Shown here: positions 29,080 through 39,202 of the stretch, one piece after another
How positions within the stretch are numbered: the first letter of the stretch is position 1
Layout of the letters: every line of letters begins with the position of its first letter
Assembly (NCBI GenBank): GCA_016926395.1
Contig: JAFGOT010000035.1
Coordinates: 692 to 64,691 of the forward strand
Length of the DNA stretch: 64,000 nt
Origin: Candidatus Woesearchaeota archaeon
Lineage (GTDB): Archaea; Nanobdellota; Nanobdellia; Woesearchaeales; SKGA01
Direction of reading: 5' to 3'
The notes under the pieces: model-generated
What the model was told of the DNA's origin: nothing
What the model saw: only the letters and a program-made list of their open reading frames with translations
The model's database searches: none
Program-made: the position numbers and the translations under genes

Positions 29080-29192
29080 TTTATCACATTGCTTTGATTT
29101 TGTGATATTCGCAATTTATTGGTGTGATTTTCAATAAATATTTTATATTTGGCTGAAAAGATGTCAAATTTTGTTTTTGTAAGTGTTGGGGC

Positions 29193-31472
29193 GTGAAACC
29201 TATGAGTTTAAATTTATTGCAGAAAAATACAACGGACGTTCCTTTAGTTGAAGACTTACTTGCTAAAGGTCTAAAGTTAACAGACAAAGCTAGAGATATT
29301 CTAAATAATTCGACATCTCTTAAAGAGATGGGTTTGATTATTTTTATGGATCGTTATGCTATAAAGGCTAAACGTGATGATTTTGAAATTGGTGATTTAG
29401 TTGTTGCAATTTCAAAAGATCATCCTAAATATCCTAAAAAAGATTTGGGTATTATTGTGTCTGAGGATGAACATAATTTTCAGATTCAAATGGTTACTGG
29501 TGTTTACAAAGACGATGTTCCTATGTCTATTTCAAAGCTTCAGTGTGACAAGCCATTAGAAAGTATTTATGATGCTTACACTCGAGTTGGAAAAGCCGTC
29601 GCTAGTAAAGAAAGCGAACCAAGCAAATGGCAAGCTAAATTTACTGAAGAACTTTTAAAAGGTCATATTCAACCCGCGGGCCGTATTATGGCGGGTGCAA
29701 ATGTTGATGAAACAGGCAAATATACTTCTAATCTAACTCTTTACAATTGTTATGTTATTCCTTCTCCTGGTGATTCTAGAGCTTCTATTGTGAAAGATAC
29801 TCTTTATCAGATGGTTGAAATTTTTAGTAGAGGTGGCGGTGTCGGTATCAACCTAAGCACTCTTCGTCCACGGTATGCTTACATTAGAGGTGTGAATGGA
29901 AAATCAAGTGGTTCTGTTTCTTGGGGAAATTTATACTCCAATGCGACTGGTCTAATTGAACAAGGAGGTTCAAGGCGTGGGGCTTTAATGTTGATGCTTG
30001 CTGATTGGCACCCTGATATTGAAGAGTTTATTGCTTCTAAACATAAAATAGGTTTTCTTGACAATGCAAACATTTCTGTTTTGATTTCGGATCCATTTAT
30101 GAAAGCAGTAAAAGAAGATGCTATTTGGCCTTTAGAATTCCCTGATTTAGATGATACTGAAACCAAAAGACTTTATGATACAGAATGGGATGGTGATTTG
30201 TTTAATTGGAAGAAGAAAGGTTACAAAACTCATGTTTACAAAAATGTTAAAGCAAGAGATATGTGGCAAAAACTTATTCAATCTGCTTGGAAAAGTGCCG
30301 AACCAGGTATTGTATTTATTGATCACTATAATAACATGAGCAATTCTTGGTATTATAACCCTCTTATTTGTACAAACCCTTGTGGTGAACAAGGACTTCC
30401 AGCTTGGGGCGTTTGTAATTTAGGTCATTTGGCTCTAAATAATTTCGTTGTAAAAACAGGCGAAGATGAAATCGGTCCTTTGTATGATTTTGATTGGGAT
30501 GCACTAAAAGATGCGACTTCTACTTTGGTTCGTTTCTTAGATGATGTTATTGATTTAACTCCTTATATTTTTGAAGAAAATAAGCAGAATCAATTATCTG
30601 AGCGACGTGTTGGTTGTGGTACTTTAGGTTTGGCTGAAGTTCTTATTCGTTTAAGATTAAAAATTGGCGATAAAGAAGCAACTGATTTTGTTGATAAATT
30701 ATACAGAACTATTGCTGTTAACGCTTATATGGCTTCAGTTGATTTAGCAAAGGAAAAAGGTGCCTTTGACAAATTCGAAGTCGACAAGTTTTTAGAAAGT
30801 GGTTTTATGAAAGGAATGCCTGAAGACGTGAGAACTGCAGTTAAAGAGTTTGGAATTAGAAATGTAACTCTCACAACCCAAGCACCTACTGGAACAGTTG
30901 GTTCTATGGTTGGAACTTCAACAGGTATTGAACCATTCTATGCTTTCAAATACTTTCAACAATCTCGTTTAGGATTTCATGAAGTAGAAATTGATTTAGT
31001 TAAAGAGTATGCTAAAAAAGAAGATGGCTCTCTTCAAGATTTCTTTGTAAGTGCTATGGATATGGGTCCTGAGGATCATATAGATCTTCAAGCCACTATT
31101 CAAAGATGGACAGATTCTTCTATTTCAAAAACAGCGAATGTTCCAAGTGATTTTACTGTCGATCAAACAATGAAATTATATGAATATGCTTTCGATACTG
31201 GTTGTAAAGGCGTAACCATTTATCGTGATGGTAGTCGTGATGAACAAATACTTTCAACAGATAAATCTGCTGAAGAAAAAAATGCAGAGCATAAACCAAC
31301 TCTTGCACAGGCAGATGTTCCTAAAGAAGACTTAGAATCTGTTGAAATCGTTTATGGTTCTGAAGTTGGAGAAACCTGTCCTATTTGTAAAAAAGGAATC
31401 ATGGTCAAAGTCGGTGGTTGTACTGAATGTAATGCTGGCTGTGGCTTTAAGGGCGGTTGTGATATGAAGTAA
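29193..31472 (+). CDS. nrdJ: Adenosylcobalamin-dependent class II ribonucleotide reductase
   Basis: NCYV, TNPCGE, VCNLG, APTGT, SISKT and a C-terminal Cys cluster CPIC...CTEC...C...C. Start may be ATG 29202. Confidence 0.96.
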   Translation: MKPMSLNLLQKNTTDVPLVEDLLAKGLKLTDKARDILNNSTSLKEMGLIIFMDRYAIKAKRDDFEIGDLVVAISKDHPKYPKKDLGIIVSEDEHNFQIQMVTGVYKDDVPMSISKLQCDKPLESIYDAYTRVGKAVASKESEPSKWQAKFTEELLKGHIQPAGRIMAGANVDETGKYTSNLTLYNCYVIPSPGDSRASIVKDTLYQMVEIFSRGGGVGINLSTLRPRYAYIRGVNGKSSGSVSWGNLYSNATGLIEQGGSRRGALMLMLADWHPDIEEFIASKHKIGFLDNANISVLISDPFMKAVKEDAIWPLEFPDLDDTETKRLYDTEWDGDLFNWKKKGYKTHVYKNVKARDMWQKLIQSAWKSAEPGIVFIDHYNNMSNSWYYNPLICTNPCGEQGLPAWGVCNLGHLALNNFVVKTGEDEIGPLYDFDWDALKDATSTLVRFLDDVIDLTPYIFEENKQNQLSERRVGCGTLGLAEVLIRLRLKIGDKEATDFVDKLYRTIAVNAYMASVDLAKEKGAFDKFEVDKFLESGFMKGMPEDVRTAVKEFGIRNVTLTTQAPTGTVGSMVGTSTGIEPFYAFKYFQQSRLGFHEVEIDLVKEYAKKEDGSLQDFFVSAMDMGPEDHIDLQATIQRWTDSSISKTANVPSDFTVDQTMKLYEYAFDTGCKGVTIYRDGSRDEQILSTDKSAEEKNAEHKPTLAQADVPKEDLESVEIVYGSEVGETCPICKKGIMVKVGGCTECNAGCGFKGGCDMK

Positions 31473-31545
31473 TGTGTTGAGTTTTACTCAATGTGCCTCG
31501 TATGTCTATGACTTTTCTTTTTTTTCTATTTTCTGTGTGGTCTTT

Positions 31546-31758
31546 ATGGAAAAAAATAAACCCCTTGATTTGAAAAAAATATTACTTTCAGAAGCAAAAG
31601 CAGATCTTTCTGGTATTACTCTATTAAATGGTGACTCTGTTTCACTAGAATACTTATCTACTCATCCTTTGAATTTTATCTTGCCTTCAGATAATTATTG
31701 TCCTGAAGTAGATTCTATACTTAGTAATTTAAGAAATAATTATAAAAAAGAAAATTAA
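31546..31758 (+). CDS. Small hypothetical protein
   Basis: 70-aa ORF from ATG 31546; no recognised motif. Confidence 0.4.
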   Translation: MEKNKPLDLKKILLSEAKADLSGITLLNGDSVSLEYLSTHPLNFILPSDNYCPEVDSILSNLRNNYKKEN

Positions 31759-32321
31759 AAACTAATAATTCTTTGAGACTCTTTAACTGTTTCTTCAGTT
31801 TGTTTTCTTTCAATGCCTCTAACGTAGTATTCTTCTTTTTGAGCCATTAACCAAAGATAGTCTGAAAGTCTATTTACGAAAACTTGTAAGTGTTCATTTT
31901 CATTTCTTAGTTGAACTAATCTTCTTTCAAGTCTTCTTGCAATAGTTCTTGCTTGTTCTAACTGAGCGCTACTCAATGTTTCTCCTGGAATAAACCAGTT
32001 GTTAATATCGTTGTATTTTTCAAGATTCACTATTGTTGATTCTATTTCGTCAACGTGTTCTTTAGAAATTATTTTTTTTAATTTGTGATAATCATCTGAG
32101 TGTGTCGCTACTTCTGCTCCCATAATAAATAGAATGTGCTGTAAGCTTAATAGTTCTTGTTTCATATTAGGTGCTGCGACACTTGCTCTTGCCACTCCAA
32201 TTGCAGCATTTAATTCATCTACTGTTCCGCAAAGATCAAGCATTGGGTCCGCTTTGCTCACCATTCGCCCAAAAAGAATGCTTGTTTTTCCTTTATCGCC
32301 AATTTTAGTCGTTATTGCCAT
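31755..32321 (-). CDS. pduO: PduO-type ATP:cob(I)alamin adenosyltransferase
   Basis: TTKIGDKGKT, GTVDELNAAIG, ARTIARRLER and NRLSDYLW. Confidence 0.95.
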   Translation of the reverse strand: MAITTKIGDKGKTSILFGRMVSKADPMLDLCGTVDELNAAIGVARASVAAPNMKQELLSLQHILFIMGAEVATHSDDYHKLKKIISKEHVDEIESTIVNLEKYNDINNWFIPGETLSSAQLEQARTIARRLERRLVQLRNENEHLQVFVNRLSDYLWLMAQKEEYYVRGIERKQTEETVKESQRIISF

Positions 32322-32352
32322 TAATCACACCAATTTTCACCACTTGGTAAAA

Positions 32353-32400
32353 ACACTACATATAGTGTCTGTCATCTTTATGACACGCTACATCTAGTAC
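32353..32400. promoter_or_regulatory. Tandem NrdR-box-like operators upstream of pduO
   Basis: ACACTACATATAGTGT (32353-32368) and ACGCTACATCTAGTAC (32385-32400), 32 bp apart. A minus-strand TATATATAAA lies at 32423-32432. Confidence 0.82.
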
Positions 32401-32559
32401 TTTGTGTTTTTAGTCGTTAGGGTTTATATATACTTATGTTCCATCATTTATACTTTGTAAAATATACTTTTTGTTATTATTTTTTCCTGCCTTTCTCTTG
32501 GCGGAATTTTAAGGTTAAAGCGACAATTTATAAACGACTTTTCACTTTTATCTAGTATC

Positions 32560-33687
32560 ATGAAGGCCAATCTATCTTCGATTGAAGTAACTTACCTTGT
32601 CAAGGAACTCCAAGAGCTTGTTGGAGCTAAAGTGGAAAAGATTTTTCAAACTGACAAGCCAAAAGAGGATTTTTTATTCTCTCTTCACGTTCCTAGTTCT
32701 GGAAAAAGATATCTTTATGTTTCTTTGCCAAACCTTCTTTGTTTAACTTCTTTTAAACCTTCTTTCCCTCAAGTTCCTCCTGCTTTCTGTGCTTCATTAA
32801 GACGAAAGATAACTAATGCAAAAATTACTGCGATAAATCAAGTTGGTTTTGAACGTATTATTCAAATTGATTTTACAACAAAAAACGGTCCTAGTCAACT
32901 GATTATTGAACTTTTACCTCCAGGAAATATTGTTTTAATTTTACCTGAAGAGGAGAATAAAATAATTGCTGTGTTACATGCAAAGATTTGGAGTGATGAA
33001 AGAAAAATTCTTCCAAACAAAACCTACACATTTCCTCCTTCACAACTAGATCCTCGAACTTTATCATTAGAAGATTTTACAAAGCTTGTTAATCAAAGCG
33101 ACAAAGATTCTGTTGTTAAAACGCTCGCTATTGAAACCAGTCTTGGTGGTTTATTTGCAAAAGAGGTATTGTTCGAATCTAATGTTGAACAGACAATAAA
33201 ACCAAATGAAATTTCTAAAGATCAAACAAAATTAATCTTTGATTCTTTACAGGCTTTATTTACTAAAGAAATTTCTGCTACTATTGTTGATGGAGATGCT
33301 TTGGCATTCCCTCTTCATTCTTTTGCTTGTGGTGAAAAAAAAGATTCTTTTAATGATGCTATTGCTACTATTGCACTTTCATCTTTGGAAACTCAAGAAG
33401 TCAAAGAACAAAATAAATCTTCAAAAGAAGAATTATCAAAAGTCCAAAAAGTCATTAAAGCTCAATCCTCCACTCTTCAAAATTTAGAAAAAACTCAAGA
33501 AGAAAAAAGAAAAAAAGGCGAGCTGATTTATGCTAATTATAATGATATCAATAATCTTCTTCATGATATTCTAGACTTGCGAAAAACGCATACTTGGGCA
33601 GAAATTAAACACCACTTTCAAGATCATCCTTTAAATGTTAAAATTGACGAGAAACAAGGAACAATAACTGTGGAGCTTGATGAGTAA
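32560..33687 (+). CDS. Rqc2/RqcH (NFACT) N-terminal part: NFACT-N, HhH and partial coiled coil
   Basis: ELQELVGAKVEKIFQ, PPAFCASLRRKI, GFERII, LIIEL..PGNIVL and KGELIYANY; no C-terminal NFACT-R domain. Confidence 0.85.
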   Translation: MKANLSSIEVTYLVKELQELVGAKVEKIFQTDKPKEDFLFSLHVPSSGKRYLYVSLPNLLCLTSFKPSFPQVPPAFCASLRRKITNAKITAINQVGFERIIQIDFTTKNGPSQLIIELLPPGNIVLILPEEENKIIAVLHAKIWSDERKILPNKTYTFPPSQLDPRTLSLEDFTKLVNQSDKDSVVKTLAIETSLGGLFAKEVLFESNVEQTIKPNEISKDQTKLIFDSLQALFTKEISATIVDGDALAFPLHSFACGEKKDSFNDAIATIALSSLETQEVKEQNKSSKEELSKVQKVIKAQSSTLQNLEKTQEEKRKKGELIYANYNDINNLLHDILDLRKTHTWAEIKHHFQDHPLNVKIDEKQGTITVELDE

Positions 33688-34583
33688 TGAATCCTATTTT
33701 AGAAAGATACTCCAAATTGGGGGAAAATTTTGATCCTGAAACCGTTTTACTAAAGACCTCTCTTAGGATTAACACTCTAAAAATATCTAAGGATGATTTT
33801 GTTTCTCGTATGAATAAAAAAGAAGTTTTTCTTAAAAAAATTCCTTTCACCAAAAATGGTTACTGGTTTGAATCACCTTTTCCTTTATCCTCAAGTGAAG
33901 AATATTTACAAGGTTTATTTTATATTCAAGAAGCTGCAAGCCAATTACCTGTTGAGGTTTTGCTAAGAGATGCATCTTATGACAAGAATTCTCTAATTGC
34001 AGATGTCGCGTCCGCTCCTGGTTCTAAAACCACTCAGTTAGCTCAAATGACTGAGAATAAAGTTTCTATTCTTGCTCTTGATTCTGTTTCTCCAAGACTT
34101 GATGTTTTAGAGTATAATTTAGAACGAATGGGAGTATCTTCTGTTGTTACTATGCGAAAAGATAGTCGGTTTGTTGACGATATTAATCTACGGTTTGATT
34201 ATATTTTGCTTGATGCTCCTTGTTCAGGAAATTTTTGTGTTGAAAAAGATTTTTTCTCAAAAAGATCCTTTGCTGATTTTAATTCTAAATCTCTTGATCA
34301 AAAAAAATTTTTAGCATCTGCAATTAAAGTTTTGAAATCTGGTGGTGTTATGGTCTATTCTACTTGTTCTTTAGAACCTGAAGAGAACGAACTTGTTATT
34401 GATTGGTTACTTGATACTTTTGATGATTTAGAATTACTCGATACTGGACTAGATATGGGCGATTGTGGTTTAACTAATGTGTTTGGTAAAGAGTTGAATC
34501 CTCAAGTTTCAAAAACAAGGCGATTTTGGCCTCATAAAACAGGAACAGAAGGTTTCTTCATCGCTAAGATTCGTAAAGCATAG
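33687..34583 (+). CDS. RsmB/NOL1/NOP2-family RNA m5C methyltransferase
   Basis: FYIQEAAS, SAPGSKTTQ, LLDAPCSG, YSTCS..PEENE and GFFIAKI. Confidence 0.95.
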   Translation: MNPILERYSKLGENFDPETVLLKTSLRINTLKISKDDFVSRMNKKEVFLKKIPFTKNGYWFESPFPLSSSEEYLQGLFYIQEAASQLPVEVLLRDASYDKNSLIADVASAPGSKTTQLAQMTENKVSILALDSVSPRLDVLEYNLERMGVSSVVTMRKDSRFVDDINLRFDYILLDAPCSGNFCVEKDFFSKRSFADFNSKSLDQKKFLASAIKVLKSGGVMVYSTCSLEPEENELVIDWLLDTFDDLELLDTGLDMGDCGLTNVFGKELNPQVSKTRRFWPHKTGTEGFFIAKIRKA

Positions 34584-34615
34584 ATTTTATAAGTGGTTTC
34601 TTAATCTTTAATTTA

Positions 34616-35809
34616 ATGAGCAGAGGTTTTAAGAAAAAGAAAAAAGACTTTTTCGAAAATATTGATTATTCTATTTTAGAATCTGCTATTCCGTCGTGTC
34701 CTCACTTTGGTGATTGTGGTGGTTGCCGTTTTCAAAACATTTCTTATGATTCTCAAATTCAGTTAAAAAAAGATTACTTAAAATCAATTTTTAAAGTGGA
34801 TGTAGATGTTACTGCTGCTCCTTTTGAGTTGGGTTATCGTAATCGTGTAGATTTTGTTTATGCTTATGGTTCTTTAGGTATGCGCCGTTTTGGTGATTTT
34901 AAAACGGTTGTTAATATTTCAACTTGTTACTTAATTCCTTCTTGGGGTAATGATGTTTTTAAATACATAAAGTCTCTTCTCAATTCATATAAAATTTCTT
35001 CATATGATTTTATTGAGCATGTTGGTTTTCTTCGTTATGTTACTTTAAGATTTGTTCCTTCAACACAAGAGATAATGGCTATTTTTACAACCCATAATCC
35101 TCGTGATAAGCAAGAAGAAAATACTTTTCAAGATTTTTTATCTGAATTGTCATCCAATGATTCTCTTAATATAACGAGTGTTTATTGGTTTATTAACGAT
35201 ACGCTAACTGATGTTGCTATTCCAGATGTCGATCCGAAATTAATCATTGGTAAAGAGACTTTAATCGAAACTCTTGGCGATACATCTCTTTCTTTTAGTC
35301 CAAAAAGTTTTTTTCAAGTTAATAGTGAAGTTTCAAAAATAATGTTTGATGAAATAAAAAATAACACTGCGGGAAATACTGTGGACCTTTGTTGTGGTGT
35401 TGGTGCAATATCTTTATTTGTTCGCGAAAACACAAACACTATTTTAGGTATTGAAGAAGTTGATCAAGCTATTAAACTGGCCAAAGAAAATGCTGATTTA
35501 AATGATGTAAAAAAAGCAAGCTATTTTACTCTTCCTATGAAGAAACTTCTTGATGTAACTCCTTTAGAAGTTGATACTTTGATTGTTGATCCTCCAAGAA
35601 GTGGTCTTGAAAAAAAAGTTGTTGGAAAAATTTTAGAACTTGCCCCTTCTAAAATTATTTACATGTCTTGTAATCCAAAAACACAAAAATTAGATATTGA
35701 CATGTTAACTCAAAACCATGAATATGAAATTACTTTCTTAAAAGGTTATGATATGTTTCCACAAACAGTTCATGTTGAGACACTTTGTGTCTTACATAGA
35801 ACTGATTGA
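34616..35809 (+). CDS. RlmD/TrmA-family RNA m5U methyltransferase ([4Fe-4S] motif, no TRAM domain)
   Basis: CPHFGDCGGC, YRNR, SFFQVN, VDPPRSG, YMSCN and DMFPQTVHVE. Confidence 0.93.
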   Translation: MSRGFKKKKKDFFENIDYSILESAIPSCPHFGDCGGCRFQNISYDSQIQLKKDYLKSIFKVDVDVTAAPFELGYRNRVDFVYAYGSLGMRRFGDFKTVVNISTCYLIPSWGNDVFKYIKSLLNSYKISSYDFIEHVGFLRYVTLRFVPSTQEIMAIFTTHNPRDKQEENTFQDFLSELSSNDSLNITSVYWFINDTLTDVAIPDVDPKLIIGKETLIETLGDTSLSFSPKSFFQVNSEVSKIMFDEIKNNTAGNTVDLCCGVGAISLFVRENTNTILGIEEVDQAIKLAKENADLNDVKKASYFTLPMKKLLDVTPLEVDTLIVDPPRSGLEKKVVGKILELAPSKIIYMSCNPKTQKLDIDMLTQNHEYEITFLKGYDMFPQTVHVETLCVLHRTD

Positions 35810-35955
35810 AACATTAAGAATGTAATGACTGTATGTTTCCGCAGACGTCACATGTAGAAACTTTAGCAATTCTCGAAAAAACAACGAATTAAACACCCCA
35901 AATTATAAGTTTAATTTCTAAAATAAGTTATCTCATAAAGTCTTGAGGTGATTTT

Positions 35956-36198
35956 ATGGGATTAACAAATAAAAAAGAAGAACAACTACGGCGAATGCCT
36001 CTTGTTGAAAGCAAGTTCAAGAAGAGTAAAGATGGAAAATATTTGGTTCATACAACAACCATAACAACTATTCGTCCAATTGCTTACTTCGAAAAAGTTG
36101 TTTCTAGCGAGGGAACTGTTGATGATAGTGAGATTCAAAAAACTCTCGCAGATGATCCGATGGTTGTTGAAGGAGAAGATTTGGTTGCAGAGAATTAA
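35956..36198 (+). CDS. Small hypothetical protein
   Basis: Strong SD GAGGTG; 80-aa ORF. Confidence 0.75.
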   Translation: MGLTNKKEEQLRRMPLVESKFKKSKDGKYLVHTTTITTIRPIAYFEKVVSSEGTVDDSEIQKTLADDPMVVEGEDLVAEN

Positions 36199-36378
36199 TT
36201 TTCTCTTTTTCTTTTTTTAAGATGAAAAATACTCGCTACCAACATCTTAACTTGCGTGAATTAAATAAAAATAACTTAGAATCTCAGCAAACACTTTTTG
36301 CTTTTGCTGAGTTCTTTATTATTTAGTTTTCTTTCAAAAGGTTTAAAAACGCGGCGTTTCTTGTTTAATTGAGTGGTA

Positions 36379-37329
36379 ATGGTTAAGAATCTTAATTTTG
36401 CTATTATTGGTGTTGGAGGTTATATTGCGCCTCGTCATCTAAATGCTATAAAAGAAAATGGCAATACTGTTGTTGCCTCTGTTGACAAAAGTGACTCTGT
36501 TGGAATAATGGATAAGTATTTTCCAGACGCTAGTTTTTTTACTGAGTTTGAAAGATTTGATAGACATTGCGAAAAATTAAAGCAATCTAATTCAAATGAA
36601 AAAATTGACTTTGTGACTGTTTGTTCTCCTAATTATTTACACGATGCTCACATTCGTTTTGGATTGAGATTGGGAGCAAATGTTATTTGTGAAAAACCCA
36701 TTGTTCTTAATCCTTGGAACATCGATTCTCTAATCAATATAGAAAAAGAAACCGGGAAAAAAGTTTACACTGTTCTTCAATTAAGGTATCATCCAACTAT
36801 TGTTGATTTAAAAAAACGAATTGAAAAAGAATCAAAAAATGAAAAATATGAAATTGAATTGACTTATATGACTCCTAGAGGAAAATGGTATTTTCATTCT
36901 TGGAAAGCTGATTTAGAGAAATCAGGCGGAATTGCAACCAATATTGGTGTTCATTTTTTTGATATGCTAACGTGGATATTTGGTGATGTTATTAAGCAAG
37001 AAGTTCATCTTAATGAAACCAAAAAAATGTCTGGTTACTTGCAACTAGAAAAAGCTAATGTTAAATGGTTTTTATCTTTAGATAGAACTGATTTACCTAA
37101 AGAAAATTTAATTGATAATAAACCGTTTAGATCTATTGTTATTGATGGTGAAGAATTAGAATTTTCTTCAGGATTTACTGATTTGCACACGGAAGTTTAC
37201 AAAAAAACATTGGAAGGAAAAGGGTTTACTATTTCTGACGCTTTGCCTTCAATAAAAATTGTTAGTGAAATGAGAACTCTACCTGTTGTTAATTCTTCTA
37301 TTAACAAGCATCCTTTGGTAAAAAAATGA
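36379..37329 (+). CDS. wbpB: WbpB/WlbA-like UDP-GlcNAcA 3-dehydrogenase (Gfo/Idh/MocA)
   Basis: IGVGGYIAPRH, SPNYLHDAH, CEKP, GGIATNIGVHFFD and FTDLHT. Confidence 0.9.
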   Translation: MVKNLNFAIIGVGGYIAPRHLNAIKENGNTVVASVDKSDSVGIMDKYFPDASFFTEFERFDRHCEKLKQSNSNEKIDFVTVCSPNYLHDAHIRFGLRLGANVICEKPIVLNPWNIDSLINIEKETGKKVYTVLQLRYHPTIVDLKKRIEKESKNEKYEIELTYMTPRGKWYFHSWKADLEKSGGIATNIGVHFFDMLTWIFGDVIKQEVHLNETKKMSGYLQLEKANVKWFLSLDRTDLPKENLIDNKPFRSIVIDGEELEFSSGFTDLHTEVYKKTLEGKGFTISDALPSIKIVSEMRTLPVVNSSINKHPLVKK

Positions 37330-38015
37330 ACTTGATAAAAGGAAATAATGTTACTCTTGGTTTAAATGTTGTTATTGGTAATAATGTTGTGATTTATGAT
37401 GATGTTGTTATTGGTGATAACGTTCGTATAGATGACAATGTCGTCCTTGGTAAACTTCCAATGAAATCAATTAATTCTGCGGTTACCACGCTAAAACCTC
37501 TTCCTCCTTTAGAAATTGGTTCTAACTGTATTGTTGGTTCTGGTGCGATTATTTATCGTGGCTCAAAAATTAAAGATGGTTGTTTAGTTGCTGATTTAGC
37601 TACTATTCGGGAAAACGTTTTAATTGGTGAAAAAACCATTGTTGGTCGAGGAGTAGCAATAGAAAATGAGTGTTCTGTTGGTTCTAAATGTAAACTAGAA
37701 ACAAACGCATACATTACTGCATATTCTATTATTGAAGACGGTGTGTTTGTTGCCCCTAATGTTAGCACTAGCAATGATAATTTTGTCGGTAGAACAAAAG
37801 ATCGTTTTAAACATTTTAAAGGAGTTGTTGCAAGAAGAGGTTCTCGAATTGGTGTCGGAGCTATTATTCTGCCTGGTATTGAATTGGGTGAAGATTGCCT
37901 TGTAGCTGCAGGATCTTTAGTTACCAAAAATGTTCCTGCAAAAAAAATAGTTATGGGTGTTCCTGCAATAATATTTCGGGATGTTCCTGATGAACAATTG
38001 TTAAAGAATCAGTAA
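37326..38015 (+). CDS. Hexapeptide-repeat N-acetyltransferase (WbpD-like)
   Basis: Left-handed beta-helix hexapeptides; FVAPNV.TSND; VMGVPA. Confidence 0.85.
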   Translation: MNLIKGNNVTLGLNVVIGNNVVIYDDVVIGDNVRIDDNVVLGKLPMKSINSAVTTLKPLPPLEIGSNCIVGSGAIIYRGSKIKDGCLVADLATIRENVLIGEKTIVGRGVAIENECSVGSKCKLETNAYITAYSIIEDGVFVAPNVSTSNDNFVGRTKDRFKHFKGVVARRGSRIGVGAIILPGIELGEDCLVAAGSLVTKNVPAKKIVMGVPAIIFRDVPDEQLLKNQ

Positions 38016-38020
38016 GGTGT

Positions 38021-39127
38021 ATGTTAATGGTAATTCCTTTTTTAGATTTGCAAGCGCAATTAAAACCAATAAATAAAGATATTATGGTTGCAGTTAAAGA
38101 TGTAATTGACTCTGGAAATTTCATTATGGGTAATCAAATTAATTTATTTGAGTCGGAGATTGCTTCTTATTTAGGTGTTAAGCACGCAATTTCTTGTGCT
38201 TCAGGAAGCGATGCTCTTCTTCTTTCTTTGATGTCTATTGGTGTTAAGCCGGGTGACGAAATAATTACGTCTCCCTTTACTTTTTTTGCGACTGCAGGTG
38301 CTATATCAAGACTAGGAGCAAAACCTGTTTTTGTAGATATTGATAAACACACTTTTAATATTGATCCTTCTTTAATTGAAGAAAAAATAACTTCTAAAAC
38401 AAAAGCAATTCTTCCAGTACACATTTTTGGCCAGCCTGCTGATATGGATGCCATAATTTCCATTGCAAATAGACGTGGTTTGAAAGTGATTGAAGATGCT
38501 TGTCAAGCTATAGGGTCAGAATATGGTGGTTTAAAAGCAGGCACTATTGGGGATTTAGGCTGCTTTAGTTTTTTTCCAACAAAGAATTTAGGTGCTTTTG
38601 GTGATGGTGGTTTGATAGTGACTAATGATGATAATTTAGCTTCTTATCTAAAAAAAGCTCGTCTTCACGGTTCATCAAAAAAATATCATCATGATTTTGT
38701 TGGTTTTAATTCGAGATTAGATGCCTTGCAAGCTTCAGTATTGCGTATAAAATTGCCTTACTTAGATGTGTGGAATAATCAACGAAGATATGTTGCAGAA
38801 AAGTATTCTTCTCATTTGCAAAATCATTTTATAACGCCTTTTGTTGCTTCTAATGTTGTTCCTGTTTTTCACCAGTATGCTTTGCTTGCTAAATCTGAAG
38901 AAGAGCGTGATTCTGTTTTGGATTATTTAAATTCTCAAAAAATTTCTTCAGGAGTTTATTATCCAATTCCTCTTCACTTACAAGATTGTTTTGCTGATTT
39001 AGGATATTTAAAAGGTGATTTGCCTATTGCTGAAGATGTTTGCAAACGAATATTTAGCATTCCTATTTATCCTGAAGTTGATTATAAAACAGTACTTGAT
39101 TCACTAGATTCTTTTTATCCTAGCTGA
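38021..39127 (+). CDS. DegT/DnrJ/EryC1/StrS aminotransferase (WbpE-like)
   Basis: IPFLDL, EDACQA, SFFPTKNLG (PLP Lys) and NSRLD. Confidence 0.93.
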   Translation: MLMVIPFLDLQAQLKPINKDIMVAVKDVIDSGNFIMGNQINLFESEIASYLGVKHAISCASGSDALLLSLMSIGVKPGDEIITSPFTFFATAGAISRLGAKPVFVDIDKHTFNIDPSLIEEKITSKTKAILPVHIFGQPADMDAIISIANRRGLKVIEDACQAIGSEYGGLKAGTIGDLGCFSFFPTKNLGAFGDGGLIVTNDDNLASYLKKARLHGSSKKYHHDFVGFNSRLDALQASVLRIKLPYLDVWNNQRRYVAEKYSSHLQNHFITPFVASNVVPVFHQYALLAKSEEERDSVLDYLNSQKISSGVYYPIPLHLQDCFADLGYLKGDLPIAEDVCKRIFSIPIYPEVDYKTVLDSLDSFYPS

Positions 39128-39202
39128 TTATAAGCCCTCTACGCGTTGTTCTTTAGTTTTCTTTCAAAACATTTTTAAATCACTTTTCAACCTTTCATAC
39201 TT

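Noticed and set aside
29080..29192. Cobalamin riboswitch in the nrdJ leader
   Set aside because: AT-rich, with only a weak ATCACA/TGTGAT stem and no recognisable B12-box.
4854..31472. Inteins in RadA, GyrA or the RNRs
   Set aside because: Protein lengths are normal, and no C/S...HN-C/S/T insertions or LAGLIDADG motifs were seen.
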